Shown here in pieces: positions 1 to 15,048 of a stretch of DNA of 64,000 nucleotides. The first letter of the stretch is position 1; the number at the start of each line of letters is the position of its first letter. Source of the DNA: Lentisphaerota bacterium (GTDB lineage Bacteria > Verrucomicrobiota > Kiritimatiellia > UBA8416 > JABMPJ01); the NCBI GenBank assembly GCA_013203785.1, contig JABMPJ010000191.1, positions 505 through 64,504 of the forward strand. The letters are read 5' to 3'. Below the pieces are notes generated by a model. It made no database searches, was not told the origin of the DNA, and worked only from the letters and a program-made list of their open reading frames with translations. Position numbers and translations under genes: made by a program.

Positions 1-2
1 GT

Positions 3-1850
<1,848 letters not shown>

Positions 1851-1872
1851 AAAAAGAAACTCGGAGCCTACT

Positions 1873-2493
1873 ATGAGCCAGCCCCCCCCCAAGCCTACGC
1901 CCGCCTATCTCTGGTTCGATACCGAGTTCACCAGTCTGGAGCCGGAGCATGCACGCCTGCTCCAGGTTTCGCTGTTGGTGACCGATATTCATCTCAATCG
2001 TCTGACCCCGGTGGAAGACGATGTCAATCTCTGCATCACGCTGGAACCCGAAGCAAAATTGAGTGGTTGGGTCAAAGAGAATCTGGTCGATCTCCTGGCG
2101 CGCTGTCGATCCGAGGAAGCGGTCAGCGTAGCAGAGGCCGATCGCCGACTCGCCGCGCTGGTGGACCAGGCGGTCGGCCCCACCGCTGCATCCATTGCCG
2201 ACCGGCCGGTTCTGGCCGGCAACGCGATCCATATGGATCTGATGATGGCGCGGCTCTTCCTGCCGCAGTTCGAGAAGCGGCTGCACTACCGCTTGTTGGA
2301 TGTCTCTACCCTCAAAATTCTATGGAATGACCGGCATCCCGGGCAACCCTTCCCAAAGGATGCGCCCACCGTGATGTCAGAGTACTTACCCGCTATGATC
2401 GCCCCGCCCATCGGTGCCGCGCATGATGCCTATTACGATATTCACGCCTCGCTGGCCGAGTTGAACTACTACAACACCCGCTTGCTCGCATGA
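1873..2493 (+). CDS. orn: Oligoribonuclease (DEDDh 3'-5' exoribonuclease)
   Basis: Starts MSQPPPKPTPAYLWFDTEFTSL with an exonuclease DEDD N-terminus. HYRLLDVSTLKIL and AHDAYYDIHASLAELNYY align with E. coli Orn HYRYLDVSTLKEL…H…D…ES…EL.YYR. The long ORF-track N-terminus at 1678 overlaps icd and was rejected. Confidence 0.85.
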   Translation: MSQPPPKPTPAYLWFDTEFTSLEPEHARLLQVSLLVTDIHLNRLTPVEDDVNLCITLEPEAKLSGWVKENLVDLLARCRSEEAVSVAEADRRLAALVDQAVGPTAASIADRPVLAGNAIHMDLMMARLFLPQFEKRLHYRLLDVSTLKILWNDRHPGQPFPKDAPTVMSEYLPAMIAPPIGAAHDAYYDIHASLAELNYYNTRLLA

Positions 2494-3656
2494 AGCGAGG
2501 TCTGCTCATTCTCGCGATGCTCTACTTGGTCCCGCTAAGCAGAGCAGAGGAGGAGCCTCAGGTCAGCGCCTCCTCCCTGCACGCTGCCGCCGCCTATCTC
2601 GTTATGGTCTGTGAGCCCAGCGGTCAGTTCCGCTACCGCCTCAATATGGATCCATCCGTGAAGGTCACGCCTTCATACAACATCCTGCGCCATGCGGGGA
2701 CGATTCACGCCCTGAACCTCTATGCGCAGCGCTATCCCTCTGCACCTGTGCGTACCGCGATCAAGCGGGCCATGGGCTTCATGCAACAGAAGACCCTCGG
2801 CGGCGTGAACGATGACCCCACCATGCTGGCCATCTGGTCGCGGCCGGAGATCAACCGCCGCAGCGCCCCAGCAGAGGCCAAGCTGGGAGGTACCGCCCTC
2901 GGGTTGGTGGCCGGGGTTGGGGCGTACCGAATGGACGCGGATATCATCGACCTCGAGACATTGCGCAAGATGGCCCGCTTCCTGATCTACATGCAGGAGA
3001 GTGATGGCCGGTTCATATCCAAGTATGTGCCGCAAGAGGGCGGACGGGGTGGCGACTGGGTCTCGCTCTACTATCCCGGCGAAGCCGCCTTAGGGCTGGC
3101 GATGCTCTATGAGATCGACCCCGATCCAGTCTGGCGCGATGGGGCGACGCGCGCGCTGCTCTACCTCGCGCAAACACGCCAGGACCAAACCGACCTTCCT
3201 GCCGACCACTGGGCTCTGCTCGCCACGGCCCACCTGTTGGCGTCGCCCGGCGCCGATACCATCGCCCCGCACGCCCCGCTCCTCCGTGCACATGCCGCAT
3301 CGCTGTGCCGCACCATCGTGGCGGATGCCTCACCCGGCGCCCGACGCCTGGGGTTGCGAGGTGATCACCTGATCTGTCCGACCGCGACCCGACTGGAAGG
3401 CCTTACGGCCGCCCTCCCCCTCCTCGATGATCCCGACCTGAGAGAGGCTGTACGCCGTACCATCCGCGATGGGATCGCCTTCCTCGCCCACACGCAGCTT
3501 CTGGATGGGCCCTGGCAAGGCGCCTGGCCACGGGCCTCCGCACCGCTCCCCCGGACCCACCCCGCTTACAGCGCCGCCTTCAACCAGCGCGCCACGGAAA
3601 TCCGGATCGATTACGTCCAGCACGCCTTGAGCGCTCTGTTGACGTGGGTGCCCTGA
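2490..3656 (+). CDS. Secreted hypothetical protein; alpha-helical repeat, possibly alpha/alpha-toroid-like
   Basis: N-terminal signal peptide MKRGLLILAMLYLVPLSRAEEE. No confident family match. ATGA overlap with the orn stop. Confidence 0.5.
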   Translation: MKRGLLILAMLYLVPLSRAEEEPQVSASSLHAAAAYLVMVCEPSGQFRYRLNMDPSVKVTPSYNILRHAGTIHALNLYAQRYPSAPVRTAIKRAMGFMQQKTLGGVNDDPTMLAIWSRPEINRRSAPAEAKLGGTALGLVAGVGAYRMDADIIDLETLRKMARFLIYMQESDGRFISKYVPQEGGRGGDWVSLYYPGEAALGLAMLYEIDPDPVWRDGATRALLYLAQTRQDQTDLPADHWALLATAHLLASPGADTIAPHAPLLRAHAASLCRTIVADASPGARRLGLRGDHLICPTATRLEGLTAALPLLDDPDLREAVRRTIRDGIAFLAHTQLLDGPWQGAWPRASAPLPRTHPAYSAAFNQRATEIRIDYVQHALSALLTWVP

Positions 3657-3683
3657 GTCGGCAGGGCGTGGCCCTCGCCCGCC

Positions 3684-4559
3684 CTAATCGTTGAGATCGG
3701 CGCTGGCCCGTTCGAGGACGCGGCGCTCTTCGGCATTGAGGCTGCCGACACCGCGGGCCAGGATCTTATCGAGAATCTGATCGATCCGCTCAGGAGTCGC
3801 CTCCGGCTCGGACTCCGACTCCCACAAGCCACCCCGCTCCATTTTCAGGTGGGGCCGACCACGGGCCATACGTAGCGCCCCGCCAACCACATCGCCCAAA
3901 GACCTCTTGAGGTGTCCATCGCGTCCGCGCCGGGCCCGATGCAAGAGCTGATACCCATAGCCAGCGCCCGCCAGCAGACCCACCAAATGGGCGGAGTGAG
4001 CCACATTTCCGCCCCACACTCGACTGCCCCAAAACGTCAGGACAAAGGACCCGACCGCGAAAATGAGTGCCAGCGTCCGTGCGCGCAGCGTTACGGGAAA
4101 GATGAAGAGGAGCAAGAGCGTGATCGGGCGGTTGGGGAAAAGAGCCGCGTACATGCCCAGCAACCCCATGGCCCCCCCGGATGCGCCTATGCAGTACCCG
4201 GTTCCAGACAGGAGCGCCCACCCCAGGCCACCCATAATCCCGCTGCCCAGATAGAGCAACAGGAATCGACGCGGGCCGAGGATACGCTCGAGCTCTTTAC
4301 CGAACACGAAAACCACCAGCATATTGAAAATAAGATGCAGGAGCCCGCCGTGCAGAAACATGTACGTAAGCGGCTGCCACAGGAAGTAGGAGCGCAGTCC
4401 ATCGCGACGCATACTGAAGAAATAGGTCACCATGCTCTGCATCTCATCGTTCAGAAAATAGTAGTGAACGATGAATAGGGCGGCCGTGGCGATTAGAATG
4501 CCCTTCGTGGCTATGGGAAACCGGGGCGACTTCATCTCGTGTATGGATCGGTCACGCAT
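3684..4559 (-). CDS. Rhomboid family intramembrane serine protease with a C-terminal soluble extension
   Basis: GASGGAMGLLG (GxSG Ser motif) and HSAHLVGLLAG (His) lie in predicted TM helices. The C-terminal tail …IDQILDKILARGVGSLNAEERRVLERAS has unknown function. Start ambiguous: ATG at 4559 or 4535; the ORF-track start at 4601 is a TTG. Confidence 0.75.
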   Translation of the reverse strand: MRDRSIHEMKSPRFPIATKGILIATAALFIVHYYFLNDEMQSMVTYFFSMRRDGLRSYFLWQPLTYMFLHGGLLHLIFNMLVVFVFGKELERILGPRRFLLLYLGSGIMGGLGWALLSGTGYCIGASGGAMGLLGMYAALFPNRPITLLLLFIFPVTLRARTLALIFAVGSFVLTFWGSRVWGGNVAHSAHLVGLLAGAGYGYQLLHRARRGRDGHLKRSLGDVVGGALRMARGRPHLKMERGGLWESESEPEATPERIDQILDKILARGVGSLNAEERRVLERASADLND

Positions 4560-4601
4560 GAATAAGACTATCCCATCCTTCCGACCGAGACGGCAGAACA
4601 A

Positions 4602-4621
4602 AATGTGACAACCTCACATTT
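4602..4621. promoter_or_regulatory. Perfect palindrome AAATGTGA-N5-TCACATTT in the divergent rhomboid/DeoR intergenic region
   Basis: Read directly: aatgtgacaacctcacatt. Resembles TGTGA/TCACA-type (CRP-family-like) operators. Lies in an AT-rich promoter region. Confidence 0.35.
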
Positions 4622-4685
4622 CTGTCTTGCCTCACATGATGGGTTATGATTACATTCAATCATATTCAGTCAGAACCAATCACCA

Positions 4686-5465
4686 ATGATCAATAACCAC
4701 TCCAAAGATCTGGCGCCAGAGCGCCTCGATAAAATCGCGCAGATTCTGCGCGAACGTCATGTCGTGCGTGTTCAGGAACTCTGTGACAGCATGGCCGTCT
4801 CCCCCGCTACGATTCGTCGTGATTTGACTGAAATGGAGTCGCGTGGCCTGATTCGCAAGGTGCATGGAGGTGCCGTCTCGGTCGACCCGCGCCTCGAGGA
4901 GCCCCTTTTCGATGAGAAGGCCGCCGTCAACGCCGACGAGAAGCATCGTATTGCCCGGGCCGCCCTCGAACTGATCAGTCCAACCGACACCGTTTTTTTG
5001 GATGGTGGAAGCACCATCCTGGTGCTGGCGGGCATGCTGAGCGAGATGAAGCAGCTCACGGTGGTGACGAACTCCTTGCGCATAGCGAGTGCTCTTTCCG
5101 GGAGCGGCCCGCGCGTCATCGTCGTGGGCGGTGAGCTGCGCAGCCTGAGTCAGACCTTTGTGGGCCCGCTGACCGGTCTCATGCTCAAGAACCTGAACGT
5201 GGACACCGCCTTTATGGGCACGATCGGTCTCAGCGCCGCGAAGGGCCTCACCACGACCGATCCGCGCGAGGCCTACACCAAACAACAGGTGATGGAGAAC
5301 GCGCACCGCGTCGTACTCATGGCAGACAGCAGCAAACTAGGCGCGATCTCGTTCATCGGGTTCGGAAGAATTGACGATGTCGACACCCTCATCACCGATA
5401 GCGGTGCCGACAAGCGAGAGCTACAGGCGTTCAAAAAATTTCACCTGACTATTCTAGCAGTGTAA
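4686..5465 (+). CDS. DeoR/GlpR family transcriptional regulator
   Basis: N-terminal HTH (RLDKIAQILRERHVVRVQELCDSMAVSPATIRRDL) plus a DeoR C-terminal sugar-phosphate-binding-like domain. Confidence 0.8.
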   Translation: MINNHSKDLAPERLDKIAQILRERHVVRVQELCDSMAVSPATIRRDLTEMESRGLIRKVHGGAVSVDPRLEEPLFDEKAAVNADEKHRIARAALELISPTDTVFLDGGSTILVLAGMLSEMKQLTVVTNSLRIASALSGSGPRVIVVGGELRSLSQTFVGPLTGLMLKNLNVDTAFMGTIGLSAAKGLTTTDPREAYTKQQVMENAHRVVLMADSSKLGAISFIGFGRIDDVDTLITDSGADKRELQAFKKFHLTILAV

Positions 5466-5483
5466 CCCAACAGGAGAACGAGC

Positions 5484-6830
5484 ATGGCAACACCAATCAT
5501 TATGCCGCGGCAGGGCCAGTCCGTTGAGAGCTGTATCCTCGTGGAGTGGCTTGTGGACGTGGGTGGTGCTGTGGACGTGGGCACCGCTGTCGCGAGTATC
5601 GAAACGGATAAGGCCGTGTTTGAAGTTGAGAGTCCCGCATCCGGCACTCTGGTAGCCCGTTTTTTTGAGGCCGGTGACGACATTCCGGTTCTAATGAATA
5701 TCGCGGCCGTCGGCGCACCGGGAGAAGACACCTCCGCATTGAAGCCTGATGCGGCGGGCGGGACCGTACCGGCAGAAGCCGCCGCGCCTGTAGCCATCGA
5801 AGCGGTCGCCCCTGTTGCGGCCACCACGTCACCCGCCGCGGTCGCAAGTGAAAAGCCCATTGGCATCAGCCCGCGCGCCCGCAAAGCTGCCGCTGCACGT
5901 GGTGTCAATGCCGAGATCTTGGCTGGCTCTGGTCCGGGTGGCCGTGTGATTGAGCGCGACGTTCAGGCCGCCGCCGCTGGGCAGCCCCGCCTCAGCGCCG
6001 CCGCACGTGATGTGGCCACCGCGTCCGGTCTTACGGTTCCTTCACAGGGCTCTGGCCTGGGCGGCATGGTACTCGCCGCAGATCTCGGTCGCGCCGCCGC
6101 TGCACCAACCACAGCCGTTCCTGCGGCTCCGAGCGGAGAGCCGACGGTCGTACCGCTTGCTGGTATTCGCAAACTGATCGCCTCCAAGATGCGCGCCTCG
6201 CTGGCGACCACGGCCCAGTTGACGCTGAACATGAGCTTCGACGCCACCGTCATCCTTGCTTACCGCGCCAAAATAAAGGAGCAAGGCGAGTCCATGGGTC
6301 TGCCGAACATCACCATCAACGACATCGTCGCCTACGCCACGGTGCAGGTGCTGCGCGTGTCACCGCAGATCAATGCCTGCTTCCACGGGGACAAGACCCT
6401 ACAGTATCCCTACGTCAATCTGGGTATTGCAACCGATACCCCGCGCGGCTTGATGGTTCCCGTGATTCATGGTGCGGATCAGCTTTCACTGAGCGAGCTC
6501 TCGGAGGTGGCCAAGCCCCTGCTTAAGAATTGCCAGACGGGCAACATCATGCCTGACTTCCTGAAGGGCGGCACGTTCACAATCACCAACATGGGTATGC
6601 TCGGTGTCGAGAGTTTCACGCCCGTCCTGAACGTTCCAGAAGTGGCGATCCTCGGCGTGGGGGGATTATTACTCAAGCCCGTGATGAAGAACGGTGAGGT
6701 CAAGCATGTCCAGTCCATCAATCTGAGCCTGACGATTGACCATCAGGTTGTAGACGGTGCCCCGGGTGCCCGCTTCCTCAAGATGCTCTGCACCTCCCTT
6801 GAGAATTTCGAGCTAACGTTGGCACAGTAA
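5484..6830 (+). CDS. Dihydrolipoamide acyltransferase (E2) of a 2-oxoacid/acetoin dehydrogenase complex
   Basis: Lipoyl domain (IMPRQGQSVESCILVEW…ETDKA). Two peripheral-subunit-binding domains (ISPRARKAAAARGVNAEILAGSGPGGRVIERDV; LSAAARDVATASGLTV). Catalytic domain with DHQVVDGAPGARFL. RBS caggaga. Confidence 0.85.
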   Translation: MATPIIMPRQGQSVESCILVEWLVDVGGAVDVGTAVASIETDKAVFEVESPASGTLVARFFEAGDDIPVLMNIAAVGAPGEDTSALKPDAAGGTVPAEAAAPVAIEAVAPVAATTSPAAVASEKPIGISPRARKAAAARGVNAEILAGSGPGGRVIERDVQAAAAGQPRLSAAARDVATASGLTVPSQGSGLGGMVLAADLGRAAAAPTTAVPAAPSGEPTVVPLAGIRKLIASKMRASLATTAQLTLNMSFDATVILAYRAKIKEQGESMGLPNITINDIVAYATVQVLRVSPQINACFHGDKTLQYPYVNLGIATDTPRGLMVPVIHGADQLSLSELSEVAKPLLKNCQTGNIMPDFLKGGTFTITNMGMLGVESFTPVLNVPEVAILGVGGLLLKPVMKNGEVKHVQSINLSLTIDHQVVDGAPGARFLKMLCTSLENFELTLAQ

Positions 6831-6984
6831 CTGTGAAGAAAGTAGCCCCGGCCCGTCTCGGGCCGAGGGCCGATGAATACGACGCGCCATTGGATTCGTT
6901 GGCGCCGATGAACGATGCAACGCGGCACGTTGATCTGCGCTGGGGCCGAGGACGGCCCCGCGCTACTGAAGAGAGGCACTCGGC

Positions 6985-8331
6985 ATGACGTATGACCTGA
7001 TTATCATTGGAGCCGGCCCCGGTGGCTATGTGGCCGCAGAGCGCGCGGGGGAACAGGGCAAGACCGTTCTGCTAATTGAGAAGAGTCACCTCGGTGGCGT
7101 CTGCCTCAACTCTGGTTGTGTGCCATCGAAGACACTGCTCCATTCATCCAAGGTCTACCACTATGCCACGCATGGCGAAGCCTATGGCGTGAAGAGTGAG
7201 CATGTGTCGTTCGATCTACCGACCGTGATGGCCCGCAAGCGGAGCGTCATCGAGACGCTACGCAAGGGCATCGCGGGAATGATGAAGCACAATAAGGTGA
7301 CAGTCGTTAGCGGCGAAGCCAAGCTGATCTCGCAGCATGAGGTCAAAGTGGGCGACGACGTCTACGAAGGCAGCCACATCCTGATTGCCGTCGGGTCCTC
7401 GCCTGCCAAGCCGCCGATTCCCGGAATCGACAACGACTGCGTCTATGACTCCACGCGCCTGCTCAACCTCGAAACCATGCCCGAGAGCCTCGTGGTGGTT
7501 GGTGGTGGCGTGATTGGCTGCGAGTTTGCCTGCTTCTTCGGGACACTCGGTATTCCGGTGACCGTCATTGAGATGCTGCCCGAAATCTGTCCTGCGGTTG
7601 ATTCAGAGATTGCGAAGCTACTTCGTCAGGAGCTTTCCAAGCGCAACATCACGTTTCATCTCGGCGCACGCGTTGAGTCCATTGGCAAGGCCGATGTGAC
7701 GTTCTCGGTCAAAGACAAGAAGGAAACAGTCCAGGCGAGCCACGTCCTTGTGGCTACGGGTCGCACCTGCAACGTCGCCGGGCTTGGTCTTGAAGACGTG
7801 AAGGTCGACTTTGATCGTCGCGGGATCACAGTCGACGACCAATGCGCTACGAACGTTCCAGGCATCTTTGCCATTGGCGACGTGACCGGCAAGCAGTGGC
7901 TGGCACACGCCGCATCCCGCATGGGTGAGGTGGTCGTGCACAACCTCTGCGGCCGCAGGGACCACATGCGCTACGACGCCATTCCCGGCGTGATCTACAC
8001 GACGCCGGAAGTGGCGACCGTCGGGATCACTGAGGCGCTGGCAAAAGAACGGGGCATTCCGGTCAAGGTCGCTAAAATGCCCATGGCCGCCAGCGGTCGA
8101 TTCCTCGCTGAGCACGATGGTGGACGCGGCATCTGCAAGGTGCTGGTGCACGCGGAAACCGGCGTGTTATTGGGCGTGCATATGATCGGGGGGGCGTGCT
8201 CGGAGATGATCTTCGGGGCGGCATCCATGATTGAGACTGAAATGCGCGTGAAAGAGATTGAGGAAATTGTATTCCCGCATCCGACCGTGTCGGAGCTGAT
8301 TCGAGATACACTGATTGCAACGAGCCGCTAA
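6985..8331 (+). CDS. lpdA: Dihydrolipoyl dehydrogenase (E3)
   Basis: GAGPGGY FAD motif and redox-active disulfide [13 protein letters not shown]. Second NAD-binding [10 protein letters not shown]. Confidence 0.9.
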   Translation: MTYDLIIIGAGPGGYVAAERAGEQGKTVLLIEKSHLGGVCLNSGCVPSKTLLHSSKVYHYATHGEAYGVKSEHVSFDLPTVMARKRSVIETLRKGIAGMMKHNKVTVVSGEAKLISQHEVKVGDDVYEGSHILIAVGSSPAKPPIPGIDNDCVYDSTRLLNLETMPESLVVVGGGVIGCEFACFFGTLGIPVTVIEMLPEICPAVDSEIAKLLRQELSKRNITFHLGARVESIGKADVTFSVKDKKETVQASHVLVATGRTCNVAGLGLEDVKVDFDRRGITVDDQCATNVPGIFAIGDVTGKQWLAHAASRMGEVVVHNLCGRRDHMRYDAIPGVIYTTPEVATVGITEALAKERGIPVKVAKMPMAASGRFLAEHDGGRGICKVLVHAETGVLLGVHMIGGACSEMIFGAASMIETEMRVKEIEEIVFPHPTVSELIRDTLIATSR

Positions 8332-8483
8332 AAGGAGAGAAGAGGATCCCCAAGATTCAGATTGTTGATCCTGCGAAGGAACGTAAACCCGGAAAACTCA
8401 AGTTTCCGACCGTCCCGCTGAACGCCTACACAGGAACCGTTGCCGAAGAACTCAAGACTCTTGGCTCGCCTGCTATCATCGGA

Positions 8484-10799
<2,316 letters not shown>

Positions 10800-10837
10800 G
10801 GGGAGCGGGAGTACGCAGGAAGTGGCGGGTGAAGATT

Positions 10838-10905
10838 GTGCGTGTGTGTGTGGGTGGGAGAGGAAGTTCAACCCCACATACTCACACCCCCACACGCTCA
10901 GCTTT
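10838..10905 (+). terminator. Imperfect GC-rich hairpin downstream of the E1 gene; possible terminator
   Basis: gtgcgtgtgtgtgtgggtgggag … ctcacacccccacacgc pairs about 14/17 with a ~20-nt loop. No strong U-tract. Confidence 0.3.
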
Positions 10906-10958
10906 CTATCCAGTAACCCTTGTGATCCATCCGGCATCTCGCGTATGATGCGAGCCTT

Positions 10959-13900
10959 ATGAGGCGTGATCAACGGGCAATGCGGAGCGTTGTAACAGGA
11001 GCAGCCGCACTGTTGCTGGCGCTCTGGGTTGGCACGCACCTGCCGCAGCTCGCCAGCGCGGCCGACACTCTGATTCGCTTCACACTGACCGGCTGCTTTG
11101 CGCTGCTGATCCTGCTGCGGCCCAAGTCGGAGGCTGTCATCAAGCCGCCCCGCATCTCGACCGTTGTCGTGGTCGGTGGTTTCGGAGCGATCCTGCATGT
11201 CGGAGGGGTCATCTTCGGGGTCCACCAGGCCGAGTGGATCGGTCTGTTGGGCGTGGTATGGGCCTGCCTGGCCTGGTCAACCGCCCCCCACACAGCCCAC
11301 GACGCGGCCAAGGCGCTCTTTCTGCTCTACTGGGCCCATCCCCTACCCTCCCAGCTCCTGGGCGGCTTTCAACTCACCATGCAGCAGCTCTCCGTCTCAG
11401 GGGCAGAGTGGTTGCTGCACATGCTCAACGTGCGGGTCTGGGCCGATGGGCTCGTCCTTAAGACCGGACTGCATATCTACGAGGTCCCGGCATGGTGCAG
11501 TGGGATGCGAACCGCCACGACGGTGTTTCTCCTCGCGCTCGGACTGGGCCTGATCAAACGCCTCGCGCTTCACCAGAAACTTCTTGTCGTTGCGGCCGCC
11601 CTGCTACAGGCCATTGCACTGAACGTCATTCGCATCAGCACGATGGTTCTACTGGTGCCCCGTTTGAACCATGGTTCGAGCGTGACCTTCTTGCATGATA
11701 CGGCGGGCATCATAGTGATTGGGGCCGTTTTTCTCGTCTATGCCGAGATTGAGCTCATGCGCCACACCAAGCGCAAGGTCGACCACCGCGCGGGTGAGCT
11801 GAATCCCGATATGCAGATTATACTGCGTGAAGAGCCTCCCTTCTGGCGCCGCGTAGTGGATCACCCCAAGAAAATAGTGATCGCGCTCTTGGTTATCGTT
11901 ATGACCGTGTTGCTGGGCTATAAGAGTCGTCCCGCGCACCGTGCGGCGATGTACCGCGGCGTGACAGAGGCCCTTCGGGACGCGCGCCAGCTAGCGGATG
12001 CTGAACGGCTCGGGCGGCAGGTACAAACCCTCACGCCCGATGATATGGCCTGGGAGGCCACGATCCTACGCCTGCTCGTTATGCGGGGCAAATACCAGGA
12101 GGTGCTCGACAGGATCGAGATCCGACCTGACGCCGAAGGTCCGCAAGCGACGGAGAACCGCATCCTGGCAGCCTATTCCCTTATGGGGCTTAAGCGCCAC
12201 GACGAGGCACGCCATCTCATTGGGGAGTTGCCCGCCTCCGTACGGGACCAGGATCCGCGAGTGGCCATGATCCTGGCCGAGATGGCCTTCTACGCCGACG
12301 ACCCGCATGAGGTCGCTAGACGGGTCGTGACCGCCGCGCAATGGGGCCCCAATATACGACGGATACAGGCCCTCTACCCCTACCTGCGCCTCTCGCGTGA
12401 GTGGCACGCCATTGCCGACACCGATCCTCGCGATGCGTACGCGGACCCGATCCAAGCCCTTTCCGCCGCAGAGGCCTACATGAATCTTAATTTGACTGTC
12501 GACGTGGCCAAGCTGGCACGGCGCGCCGTGGACGACTGGCCGCGCGACGTACGGCTCCTAACCCCCCTTTTCTTTCTGGCCGGCAATCGCCCCGACGAAG
12601 GATGGGAGAGCCACTACGCTCAGCACTTGCGTCGCTGCCTACCGGATATGCAGGACGCGGATACGCTCTATGCCTTGGTCAAGAACAGCTTCCAGCTGCG
12701 ACGGCCCGACCTGGCATGGTCCATTTACCACCGCATCGAAGCGCTTGATCCACGCTATCCGGGGCTAACGATGATGGCCGTGCGATATGGCAATGATTGG
12801 TTCAGGTTCCGGCGGCGATTCCTGGGCCTTCCTGCCGGTCGAGCGTGGGATACGATGGAGCTGCGCCCCTATTACCACGTCGGTCTCCTCTCGCCACGGT
12901 GGTGCACCCTCTGCGCAGAGATCCCCCTCGGCAGCACACTCAGTGTGAGTGAGACGGTTCCGGTCCGACAAGCGCTGCTACAGAGCGCCCTGGATCAGTT
13001 TGACGCACGGGACAGAGCGGGGAAGCTTTCGCTGCCGATGCGCTACGAATATGCCTTCGCCCTCGAAATCAACAAGGACGTTGAGGGGGCACGCGGCATC
13101 CTCGACGCGATCGCGGCTGAGCAGCCGGGCGAGGCTCTGAGCGCACGGGTAGAGCTCTCATCCATGTACGAGCGCATGGCGGATTGGCAGAACGTGTACG
13201 AAACGTTGCGCACCTATCCCGAGGTCGAGCGACCCCGCCTCGGTCCGCTCCTGCGTCTGACCACAGCCCAGCTCAACCTACGCCTCGGCCTCGGTGCCAT
13301 CGAGACGGCACGAACCACGCTCCAACACTATCCGGAGTCGACGCAAGCCGCCGGTGCCTTGGCCACAGCGCTGGCCCAGCACGACTCCCCCGAGGACGCT
13401 TTACACATCCTCTCGGCTAAACGGTTACGCCGCCAACGGAATATGGACATCATGGAGGCCGATGCGCTCTACCGTACCCAGCGCTACAGTGAATTCAAAC
13501 GCTTTAGAAAATCGGCCCTGATCGGGTCGGGCCCCCTGGACGGTGATCTACCCCAAGGCTATTCCCTTCCACCCGCCGAGTTGGCCATCAACTGGCACCT
13601 GATCTTTGTACCAACCTCAAAGGAGTTTGCGGCACACGCCGCCCGACTGCGCGAGAATTTATCCAAGACGACCAGCGTTTTTCTACGCGATCTGTATACG
13701 ATTTGGCTGGCCGCCTACGAGACTGAGGGACCCTCGCCTCTGTGGAACGCGGAGCGATGGGAGGCCTGCGGTCGCGATGCTGGCGAGCGCGGCATAGCCC
13801 TCAACCAGCTTTACATCATGCTCTGTAGCCGAAGCGACTTTGCCGCTGCGCGTGACGTCGCGGCACGAGCCACGACCGTTCAGCCTGATGTACCACTGCA

Positions 13901-15038
13901 CTGGCGCTTTCTGATCGGACTCACCGCGGGTGACGCGGACGTGGTGCGGCGGGCCGCACAAGCCTGTCCCCTCGACGATGAGATATGGCTGGCGAAACTC
14001 CTATCGCTCTGCCACGAGGGCCTTGCCACGCCCCGCGCTCCACCGGACCGCCCGGAGCTGACGGTTTCCGTAGAGAACGTCATGGCGCGCGACAGCACGC
14101 CCCCCGCTACGCTCACGCGTGGTGCCGAGCTGCTGTTGCGTGCCGGCTATAGCCATCTGGCGGCGCGCATGATGCGGACCGTGACCGACCGTGCCCGGTC
14201 CCTGCTGCCCTCCTACATCGTGGGTTTGCGCTGCGCCATCCTCAGCGGAGATAAGGCGTGGGCTGAACGCTGCGCCTTGAACGCCATCAACGCCTCGCTA
14301 CAGCCGCCGCCTGAACTCTACCGTAAGCTAGTGCAGCTCAAGGTGGATGACAACGAACTCGATACGGATGACGCGATGGTGGACGCGCTCAAGAATCTGC
14401 GCCGCTCAGATCCCGACAATCCGCTCTGGCCGCGCATGCTCTCCTATGTCCGCTTCAAGCGCGGTGGTTGGGAAGTGCTCGATAGCCTCAGCCAAGCCAA
14501 AGCCGCGCTTGAGGCGGGCGCCACCGATCGCATGCTCTTCATCGTGGGCGCTGAGGCGGCACGACTACTACACAATGTCGACCGCGCCAGCGACCTCCTG
14601 CGCCAAGGCCTGAAATACTACCCGAATGACACGGTGATGCTTAATAATTTTGCCTATACGCTGGCCGACACTCCCGGACATGCGGCCGAGGCGTTGGAGT
14701 TCCTCCCCCAGCTCCTGACCCGAGCGGCCCGTGAGCCATGGCTGGTCGACACAATCGCGCTGATCTACATTCGCAATGATCGACTGAGAGAGGCCGAGCA
14801 GGCCCTGGGGTGGCTCACAATCGAACGACAACCGAATACCCCGGACTGGTTCCGCTACCGCTTGAAGCTAGCCGAGATCGCTTTTCGGCGCGACCAGCTT
14901 GAGGAGACCCGCACCATCGTGCGTGAGATCTTAAGAGGCTCCAAAGGCATTCCCGACGAGGAGATCTTGAACGCCAACCGGCTCCTTTCAAAGGCTGACG
15001 AAACCCTTCGCCAGCTGGGCCGGAAGCCCGAGGCCTAG
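10959..15038 (+). CDS. Exosortase (EpsH-family transpeptidase-like membrane domain) fused to a ~1050-aa TPR-like helical repeat region
   Basis: N-terminal ~290 aa is polytopic, with a Cys motif VPAWCSGMRTATT and an Asn/Arg motif LNVIRIS typical of exosortase/archaeosortase. The remainder is alpha-helical, TPR-like repeats. Convergent with an adjacent PEP-CTERM protein. Confidence 0.7.
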   Translation: MRRDQRAMRSVVTGAAALLLALWVGTHLPQLASAADTLIRFTLTGCFALLILLRPKSEAVIKPPRISTVVVVGGFGAILHVGGVIFGVHQAEWIGLLGVVWACLAWSTAPHTAHDAAKALFLLYWAHPLPSQLLGGFQLTMQQLSVSGAEWLLHMLNVRVWADGLVLKTGLHIYEVPAWCSGMRTATTVFLLALGLGLIKRLALHQKLLVVAAALLQAIALNVIRISTMVLLVPRLNHGSSVTFLHDTAGIIVIGAVFLVYAEIELMRHTKRKVDHRAGELNPDMQIILREEPPFWRRVVDHPKKIVIALLVIVMTVLLGYKSRPAHRAAMYRGVTEALRDARQLADAERLGRQVQTLTPDDMAWEATILRLLVMRGKYQEVLDRIEIRPDAEGPQATENRILAAYSLMGLKRHDEARHLIGELPASVRDQDPRVAMILAEMAFYADDPHEVARRVVTAAQWGPNIRRIQALYPYLRLSREWHAIADTDPRDAYADPIQALSAAEAYMNLNLTVDVAKLARRAVDDWPRDVRLLTPLFFLAGNRPDEGWESHYAQHLRRCLPDMQDADTLYALVKNSFQLRRPDLAWSIYHRIEALDPRYPGLTMMAVRYGNDWFRFRRRFLGLPAGRAWDTMELRPYYHVGLLSPRWCTLCAEIPLGSTLSVSETVPVRQALLQSALDQFDARDRAGKLSLPMRYEYAFALEINKDVEGARGILDAIAAEQPGEALSARVELSSMYERMADWQNVYETLRTYPEVERPRLGPLLRLTTAQLNLRLGLGAIETARTTLQHYPESTQAAGALATALAQHDSPEDALHILSAKRLRRQRNMDIMEADALYRTQRYSEFKRFRKSALIGSGPLDGDLPQGYSLPPAELAINWHLIFVPTSKEFAAHAARLRENLSKTTSVFLRDLYTIWLAAYETEGPSPLWNAERWEACGRDAGERGIALNQLYIMLCSRSDFAAARDVAARATTVQPDVPLHWRFLIGLTAGDADVVRRAAQACPLDDEIWLAKLLSLCHEGLATPRAPPDRPELTVSVENVMARDSTPPATLTRGAELLLRAGYSHLAARMMRTVTDRARSLLPSYIVGLRCAILSGDKAWAERCALNAINASLQPPPELYRKLVQLKVDDNELDTDDAMVDALKNLRRSDPDNPLWPRMLSYVRFKRGGWEVLDSLSQAKAALEAGATDRMLFIVGAEAARLLHNVDRASDLLRQGLKYYPNDTVMLNNFAYTLADTPGHAAEALEFLPQLLTRAAREPWLVDTIALIYIRNDRLREAEQALGWLTIERQPNTPDWFRYRLKLAEIAFRRDQLEETRTIVREILRGSKGIPDEEILNANRLLSKADETLRQLGRKPEA

Positions 15039-15048
15039 GGCAAGGTGC

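Noticed and set aside
6840-6880. Small hairpin ggcccg-tct-cgggcc between E2 and lpd as a terminator
   Set aside because: The stem is short and there is no U-tract. More likely an incidental GC-rich palindrome or at most a weak attenuator, so not listed as a feature.
8332-8483. Possible N-terminal extension or frameshift upstream of the fused E1 gene
   Set aside because: The in-frame upstream reading hits a stop at 8418. The other frames give non-protein-like sequence. The alignment of [12 protein letters not shown] with E1-alpha N-termini supports the 8484 start.
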